A stretch of 32,000 nucleotides of DNA. Origin: Horticoccus luteus. Its GTDB lineage: Bacteria; Verrucomicrobiota; Verrucomicrobiia; Opitutales; Opitutaceae. The stretch is taken from the NCBI RefSeq assembly GCF_019464535.1, contig NZ_CP080507.1, positions 2,070,001 to 2,102,000 of the forward strand, in the 5' to 3' direction. Position 1 is the stretch's first letter. The number at the start of each line of letters is the position of its first letter. The position numbers were made by a program, and so were the translations under genes. Under the pieces are notes generated by a model that did no database searches, was not told the DNA's origin, and was given only the letters and a program-made list of their open reading frames with translations. Below are positions 27,236 to 32,000 of the stretch, in pieces.

Positions 27236-28318
27236 CTAGCCGTTCGCCACCGGATAACTCCCCAGCCACTTCACCATCGGGCAGAATCGCTTCAGTTCCG
27301 CGAGGGCGTCTTTCATGTTCTCCGCTTCGAAGTGACCCGTGACGTCGATGAAGAAATAGTAGTCCCACGGGCGTTTCTTGCTCGGTCGCGACTCGATCTT
27401 CGACAGGTTGATCCCGCGCTCGGCGAGCGGCATCAGCATCTTGAGCAACGCACCGGAATGCGACGCCGACTCGTCGCCCAGCGAAATGATGAAGCTGCTC
27501 ATGTCGCGACCGTTGCCCACCGCGCCGGCGGGACGTTTTCCCAGCACGAAGAATCGCGTGGTGTTATCCGCCTTGTCCTGGATGTTTCGCTCGACGACCG
27601 GCACTCCGTAGAATTGCGCGGCCAGTTCACCGGCGACCGCCGCGGTGCCGGGCGTTTCCTTCGCAATTTGCACCGCGCGCGAGGTGCTCGGCGCATCGAT
27701 CAGTTGCGCGTGCGGCAGGTGGCGTTGCAGCCAATGCCGGCATTGCGCGAGCGCCTGGTCCTTCGAGTAAACGCGTTCGATCTCGTCGAGCGGCGAGTTC
27801 GAGATCAACGCATGCGTGATCTCCAGATAGATCTGCGCGACGATTTTCAGATCGCTCTCCACAAAGCTGTCGAGCGTCTCGCGCACGGAGCCTTCCGTCG
27901 AATTCTCGATCGGAATCACCGCGTAATCCGCCTCCCCTTTTTCCACCGCGGTGAAGATGTCGGCGATCGTCGCCATCGCGTGATACTCCACGCTGGCGCC
28001 GAATTTGCGCATCGCGGCCGCGTGCGTATTCGTGGCTTCGGGGCCGAGATAGGCGATGAGCAGCGGCTTCTCGAGCGCGATCGCAGCCGACATGATCTCG
28101 CGATAAATCGCCTGCAACGCCTCGTCCTTGATCGGCCCTTGATTGAGCGAAACGATCTTTCGCAACACGGCATCTTCCCGCTCCGGCACGTAAATCTGCC
28201 CGCCTGTGCTGCGCTTCAACTTCCCAATCTCCGCGGCGAGCGCCAGTCGTTCGTTGAGGAGCGCAACAATGTCGCGATCGAGGCCGTCGATTTTATCGCG
28301 GATGGGTCCGAGGTCCAT
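27236..28318 (-). CDS. pheA: Bifunctional chorismate mutase / prephenate dehydratase (P-protein)
   Basis: N-terminal CM_2 domain (IRDKIDGLDRDIVALLNERLALAAEIGKLK). PDT domain (IAYLGPEATNTHAAA...AVIPIENSTEGSV). C-terminal ACT domain with the ESRP motif (INLSKIESRPSKKRPWDYYFFIDV). The start lies 2 nt after the scpB stop. Confidence 0.92.
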   Translation of the reverse strand: MDLGPIRDKIDGLDRDIVALLNERLALAAEIGKLKRSTGGQIYVPEREDAVLRKIVSLNQGPIKDEALQAIYREIMSAAIALEKPLLIAYLGPEATNTHAAAMRKFGASVEYHAMATIADIFTAVEKGEADYAVIPIENSTEGSVRETLDSFVESDLKIVAQIYLEITHALISNSPLDEIERVYSKDQALAQCRHWLQRHLPHAQLIDAPSTSRAVQIAKETPGTAAVAGELAAQFYGVPVVERNIQDKADNTTRFFVLGKRPAGAVGNGRDMSSFIISLGDESASHSGALLKMLMPLAERGINLSKIESRPSKKRPWDYYFFIDVTGHFEAENMKDALAELKRFCPMVKWLGSYPVANG

Positions 28319-28320
28319 GG

Positions 28321-29289
28321 TCAGGCGGTTTTATTGTCCTCGGCGGGCTCCGCCGGTGCTGATTCGTTCTCCGTCGGCGCGGTCGCGGAGTCGGCCGCCA
28401 ACGTTTCCGCGGAGAGCGTTTCCGTCGTCGCCGTCGCGACTTCCTCCACCGGCTGGGCGGGGACTTCGGCGTTCGCCGCCTGGTTTTGCTCCAACGGCAG
28501 ACTCTCCTGCTCCAAACCCATGTCGCTATCGTTGGGCTTGGAGGGATTCGTCGCGCTTTGCAGCCACTCGTCCACTTGCCGCGACGACAGCACGTCGGAC
28601 GCCGGCAGCTCGTCGAGCGACTTCACGCCGATGAATTCCAAAAACTTGTCCGTCGTCCCGTATTGAATCGGCCGGCCGGGAAGATCCGCGCGCCCGACAA
28701 TGTAGGCCAGTTCGCGCTCCATCAATTTGTTCAAACCCGCCTCGGCCGACACGCCGCGAATCGTCTCGATCTCCGTCCGCGTCACCGGTTGCCGATAGGC
28801 GATGATCGCGAGCGTTTCGATCGCTGACTGGCTTAATTTCAAGGGCGGCGGTTCCTGGCGCAGAATCCGCACCCAGCGGGCGAAGCGCGGATGGGTGACG
28901 AGGCGGTAACCACTCGAGCCTTCGATTAACAACAACCCGTCGTCGCGCGCGCGCATTTCGATCGCGATCGCATCCATCGCTTCGCGGATCTGCGTGCCGG
29001 TGATCAGCGACGGCACTTCGTGATAAAGCTCCGCATCATCCGGCGTCTCCACGATCACCTCGGCCGCTTCCTCAGCGTTGGCCGCGGGCGCCGCCGGCGT
29101 TTCCGCGGAGGCACTCGGTTCGGCCGTCGGAGCCGCGCCGGCGTCTTCCACCGCCGCCGCCGCCGCCGCTGCGTGCGCCGCCGCCTGTTCGTGGAAGCGT
29201 GTGAATGCCGCTTGGATGTCTTTGATCGCGAGCGGCTGGCTCGAGGAGAACAGCAGTGCTTTCAGCACTTTTGAGAGGTTAAACGCCAT
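28321..29289 (-). CDS. scpB: Segregation and condensation protein B (SMC-ScpAB subunit) with low-complexity insertion and long acidic tail
   Basis: ScpB boxes LKALLFSSSQPLAIKDI, IETLAIIAYRQPVTRTEIETIRGVSAEAGLNKLMERELA, GRADLPGRPIQYGTTDKFLEFIGVKSLDELP. At 322 aa it is longer than a typical ~200-aa ScpB. Confidence 0.85.
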   Translation of the reverse strand: MAFNLSKVLKALLFSSSQPLAIKDIQAAFTRFHEQAAAHAAAAAAAVEDAGAAPTAEPSASAETPAAPAANAEEAAEVIVETPDDAELYHEVPSLITGTQIREAMDAIAIEMRARDDGLLLIEGSSGYRLVTHPRFARWVRILRQEPPPLKLSQSAIETLAIIAYRQPVTRTEIETIRGVSAEAGLNKLMERELAYIVGRADLPGRPIQYGTTDKFLEFIGVKSLDELPASDVLSSRQVDEWLQSATNPSKPNDSDMGLEQESLPLEQNQAANAEVPAQPVEEVATATTETLSAETLAADSATAPTENESAPAEPAEDNKTA

Positions 29290-29429
29290 GCGGGAAGCGG
29301 ACGAGTGAATGGTGCGCCCCGACGGGCGCGCAACCTTGAAGTTGCACGCGCCCGGTCACTTTCTCGGTCATCACGGCAAACGCGCTTGCCCGGGGGCGCC
29401 GCCGTTGGTCTGCTGCGAGCCTTTCGCGT

Positions 29430-31151
29430 ATGAGCACTCCGCCGACCGCCACGCCTCGTCCCTATTCCGCCATCGTGGTCGATGGCACTGACCGCGCCCC
29501 CGCCCGCTCGATGCTGCGCGCCGTCGGCTTTACCGACGAAGATTTCCGCAAACCGCAAATCGCCGTCGCCTCCTCTCCCAGCGACATGACGCCGTGCAAC
29601 GTCCACTTGGGCGATCTCAGCGAGCACGCGCGCAAAGGCATCGCCGCCGCGGGCGGAAAGCCCGTGTATTTCAATACCATCACCGTCACCGACGGCATCA
29701 GCATGGGCACGCAGGGCATGCGTTACAGCCTGGTCTCCCGCGAAGTCATCGCCGACTCGATCGAGACCGCGGTGGCCGCCGAGGGCTTCGACGGCCTGAT
29801 CGCCATCGGCGGGTGCGATAAGAACATGCCCGGCGCGATGATGGCCATCGCCCGCCTCAACCGCCCCGCCGTGTTTATTTACGGCGGCACGATTCTGCCC
29901 GGATTCACCCCCGACGACTGCGATCACAAACGCCCGCTGGACATCGTCTCGGTCTTCGAAGCGGTTGGTAAACACGCCAAGGGCGAGCTCGACGATGCCG
30001 GCCTGAAAGCCGTCGAATCGTCCGCGATTCCCGGGCCGGGCTCCTGCGGCGGCATGTACACCGCCAACACCATGGCGACCGCCATCGAAGCCCTCGGCCT
30101 GAGCCTGCCGAACAGCAGCGCCCAGCTCGCCATCGGCAAGGAGAAGCGCGAGGACTGCGAGCGCGCCGGTGCTGCCGTCATGCACATGCTCAAAACGGGC
30201 CTGCGCCCGCGCGACATCCTCACCCGCCACGCTTTCGAAAACGCGATCACCGTCTGCCTCGCTCTCGGCGGTTCCACCAACCTCATTCTCCACCTCCTCG
30301 CCATCGCTCATTGCGCGGAAGTGCCGCTCACCATCGATGACTTCAAGGTCATTGGAGACCGCGTGCCGCTCCTCGCCGACCTCAAGCCGTTCGGCAAATA
30401 CAACATGGCGCACCTCGTTCGCATCGGCGGCATCCGCCCGATGATGAAGGTGCTGCTCGATCGCGGCCTGCTCCACGGCGAGTGCCTCACGGTCACCGGC
30501 GAAACCATCGCCGAAACGCTGCGCGACGTGCAGCCCTACGGCGCTTACCCGGCGGAACAGGACATCATTCGTCCGTGGGATCAGCCGATCAAAAAAGACA
30601 CCCATCTCCGCGTGCTGCGCGGCAACCTCGCTCCGACCGGTGCCATCGGCAAAATCACCGGCAAGGAAGGCGTTTACTTCAAGGGCACCGCCAAAGTTTA
30701 CGAGGGCGAGGAAGACGCGCTCAAAGGCATCCTCCGCGGCGACGTGGTGAAGGGCGACATCGTCGTTATCCGCAACGAAGGTCCCGTGGGCGGCCCTGGC
30801 ATGCGCGAAATGCTTTCGCCCACCAGCGCAGTCGCCGGCCGCGGCTTGATCAAAGATGTCGCGCTCATCACCGACGGACGTTTCTCCGGCGGCAGCCACG
30901 GATTCGACGTCGGCCACATCACTCCGGAAGCCGCCTGTGGCGGCCCCATCGGCATCGTGCGCAACGGCGACATCATCGAGATCGACGCGGTTAAAAACAC
31001 GATCGACCTTCGGATTCCCGACGCCGAATTCGCGGCACGCATGGCCGCCAACGCGCCGCGCCCGCCGCGGGAGAAACGCGGCGTCCTCGCCAAATACGCG
31101 AAACTCGTCGCCAGCGCCTCCGAGGGCGCCGTGACAGACAAACATTTGTGA
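29430..31151 (+). CDS. ilvD: Dihydroxy-acid dehydratase
   Basis: 573 aa. Conserved blocks RAPARSMLRAVGF, ITVTDGISMGTQGMRYSLVSREVIADSIE, IGGCDKNMPGAMMA, CGGMYTANTMA, ALGGSTNLILHLLAIA, ITDGRFSGGSHGF. Confidence 0.95.
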   Translation: MSTPPTATPRPYSAIVVDGTDRAPARSMLRAVGFTDEDFRKPQIAVASSPSDMTPCNVHLGDLSEHARKGIAAAGGKPVYFNTITVTDGISMGTQGMRYSLVSREVIADSIETAVAAEGFDGLIAIGGCDKNMPGAMMAIARLNRPAVFIYGGTILPGFTPDDCDHKRPLDIVSVFEAVGKHAKGELDDAGLKAVESSAIPGPGSCGGMYTANTMATAIEALGLSLPNSSAQLAIGKEKREDCERAGAAVMHMLKTGLRPRDILTRHAFENAITVCLALGGSTNLILHLLAIAHCAEVPLTIDDFKVIGDRVPLLADLKPFGKYNMAHLVRIGGIRPMMKVLLDRGLLHGECLTVTGETIAETLRDVQPYGAYPAEQDIIRPWDQPIKKDTHLRVLRGNLAPTGAIGKITGKEGVYFKGTAKVYEGEEDALKGILRGDVVKGDIVVIRNEGPVGGPGMREMLSPTSAVAGRGLIKDVALITDGRFSGGSHGFDVGHITPEAACGGPIGIVRNGDIIEIDAVKNTIDLRIPDAEFAARMAANAPRPPREKRGVLAKYAKLVASASEGAVTDKHL

Positions 31152-31303
31152 GCTGGCGTCTCCGCTCACCACGCTGCGTCTGATCTCTTCAACGTCGCGC
31201 CCGCCGGCGTCATGCGCCAGTGGGCGCCCGGCGAGGCTGGCGTTTCGTCTGTGCTGTTGAACGGGCCGGCTCAGGTCGTGCCCAGGAACGCCGATTACGC
31301 CCG

Positions 31304-32000
31304 TCAATCGCTCCCGCGGACGCCGCTGGCCAGACGTTGCAGGACTTGCTCCGTCACCTTGCGCACGAGCGTATCCATCTGCGCGCCAGTGAACGCTTCA
31401 TTGGCACCGATCGCCGGCTTGATCGCCGCGCCTTTGAACGGGCCCGGATCACACAAATCGCACCCCGCCCGATCGCCGCGCGCATCGTCCATGCCGAGTT
31501 TCTTCCGGATCGCGATCAGGTCGCGCAGCTTGTCCGAGCCAAAGGAGTGCAACCCGCTGCCCAGCTGCGAAGCGATCCACACCGTTTTGCAGTAGGCGTC
31601 GATGTTCTCCATCTTCCAATACGCATCCTCTACGTCGCTGCCCCACGCGATCACGCCGTGATTTTCCATCAGCACGACCTGGTGGTTGACGCCGATCTGG
31701 CCGACGGAATTGGCCACGTCCGGCGACCCCGGCGTTTGGTAAGGCGCCAGGCCGATCTCGCCGATAAACACTTCCGCTTCGGGGATGAGGCACGGCGGTG
31801 GGACCACCGAGGCGATCGCAAACGCCGTGGCGTGCGGCGGGTGCGCATGCACGCACGCGCGCGCTTTCGGCTGACGCTTCATGATGCCCAAATGCGTCAA
31901 CGCCTCGCTCGTGCGCTTCTTCTCCCCGGCCAACTGTCGCCCCTCCAGATCGATCAGGCACATGTCTGACGGCTTCATGAAGCCCTTCGAAATGAGCGTG
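31304..32000 (-). CDS. Class II (FucA/RhaD-type, metal-dependent) aldolase, 5' end beyond the right edge, with ~58-aa C-terminal extension
   Basis: The frame stays open past the listed Met to base 32000 (..TLISKGFMKPSDMCLIDLEG..). Class II aldolase/adducin blocks are present: CVHAHPPHATAFA (metal His) and VLMENHGVIAWGSDVEDAYWKMENIDAYCK. The core ends near IAIRKKLGMDD, and the extension runs to the TGA stop at 31304-31306. Confidence 0.85.
   Translation of the reverse strand, partial: TLISKGFMKPSDMCLIDLEGRQLAGEKKRTSEALTHLGIMKRQPKARACVHAHPPHATAFAIASVVPPPCLIPEAEVFIGEIGLAPYQTPGSPDVANSVGQIGVNHQVVLMENHGVIAWGSDVEDAYWKMENIDAYCKTVWIASQLGSGLHSFGSDKLRDLIAIRKKLGMDDARGDRAGCDLCDPGPFKGAAIKPAIGANEAFTGAQMDTLVRKVTEQVLQRLASGVRGSD
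31328..31381 (-). other. Predicted amphipathic-helix BMC encapsulation peptide at the aldolase C-terminus
   Basis: Encodes QMDTLVRKVTEQVLQRLA, with hydrophobic residues at i/i+3/i+4 spacing and charged or polar residues between them. It is separated from the catalytic core by a Gly/Pro/Ala-rich linker (ARGDRAGCDLCDPGPFKGAAIKPAIGANEAFTGA). The pattern resembles the Pdu/Eut-type encapsulation peptides. Confidence 0.5.

Noticed and set aside
29309-29491. 60-aa ORF upstream of and overlapping the ilvD start, considered as a possible ilv attenuator leader peptide
   Set aside because: The translation (MVRPDGRATLKLHAPGHF...) has no run of Ile/Val/Leu codons. It overlaps the ilvD coding start, and no terminator/antiterminator pair is evident.
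31148-31169. Hairpin gtgagc-N10-gctcac overlapping the ilvD stop, considered as a terminator
   Set aside because: The stem is only 6 bp with a 10-nt loop, and no T-tract follows. This is not enough for an intrinsic terminator call.
1-32000. Search by eye for CRISPR arrays, IS elements or transposases, integrases, tRNA/rRNA genes, toxin-antitoxin pairs and known defence-system genes
   Set aside because: None was found. All intergenic regions are 237 nt or shorter and lack regularly spaced repeats or tRNA-like T-loop/acceptor features. Every large ORF has a metabolic, transport or housekeeping assignment.

Overview
This is a GC-rich chromosomal segment, roughly two-thirds G+C by eye. I found no rRNA, tRNA, CRISPR array, transposase or integrase. 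Layout by coordinate: (i) 1-11.8 kb holds five head-to-tail genes for ~800-aa duplicated FtsX/MacB-type permeases of the ADOP kind, the first cut by the left edge. (ii) 12-13 kb, opposite strand, holds a fusion of a TagD-like cytidylyltransferase with a compact GHMP-like kinase. (iii) 13.3-16.8 kb holds a stand-alone MacB/LolD-type ABC ATPase, a TolC-family outer-membrane factor, a secreted cytochrome b562-family protein, and an overlapping membrane-anchored CxxCH heme-binding-domain protein. (iv) 17-32 kb holds mostly core metabolism and housekeeping genes: a BamE-like lipoprotein, GTP-dependent PEP carboxykinase, an SGNH esterase plus GH78 alpha-L-rhamnosidase, TatC, pyruvate phosphate dikinase, PheA, ScpB and IlvD. 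At the right edge is a truncated class II aldolase whose C-terminal extension looks like a bacterial-microcompartment (BMC) encapsulation peptide. Taxonomic guess, inference only: Verrucomicrobiota (Opitutales-like), based on the ADOP expansion, the PVM-type aldolase and PPDK plus GTP-PEPCK. Acidobacteriota is the alternative. The best candidates for follow-up are the orphan-permease array next to a permease-less, adaptor-less ATPase-TolC pair, the cytidylyltransferase/GHMP fusion, the coupled b562/c-type heme pair, and the encapsulation-peptide-bearing aldolase, which suggests a BMC locus just beyond base 32000. All calls rest on reading the translated ORFs and the DNA by eye. No database search was run.
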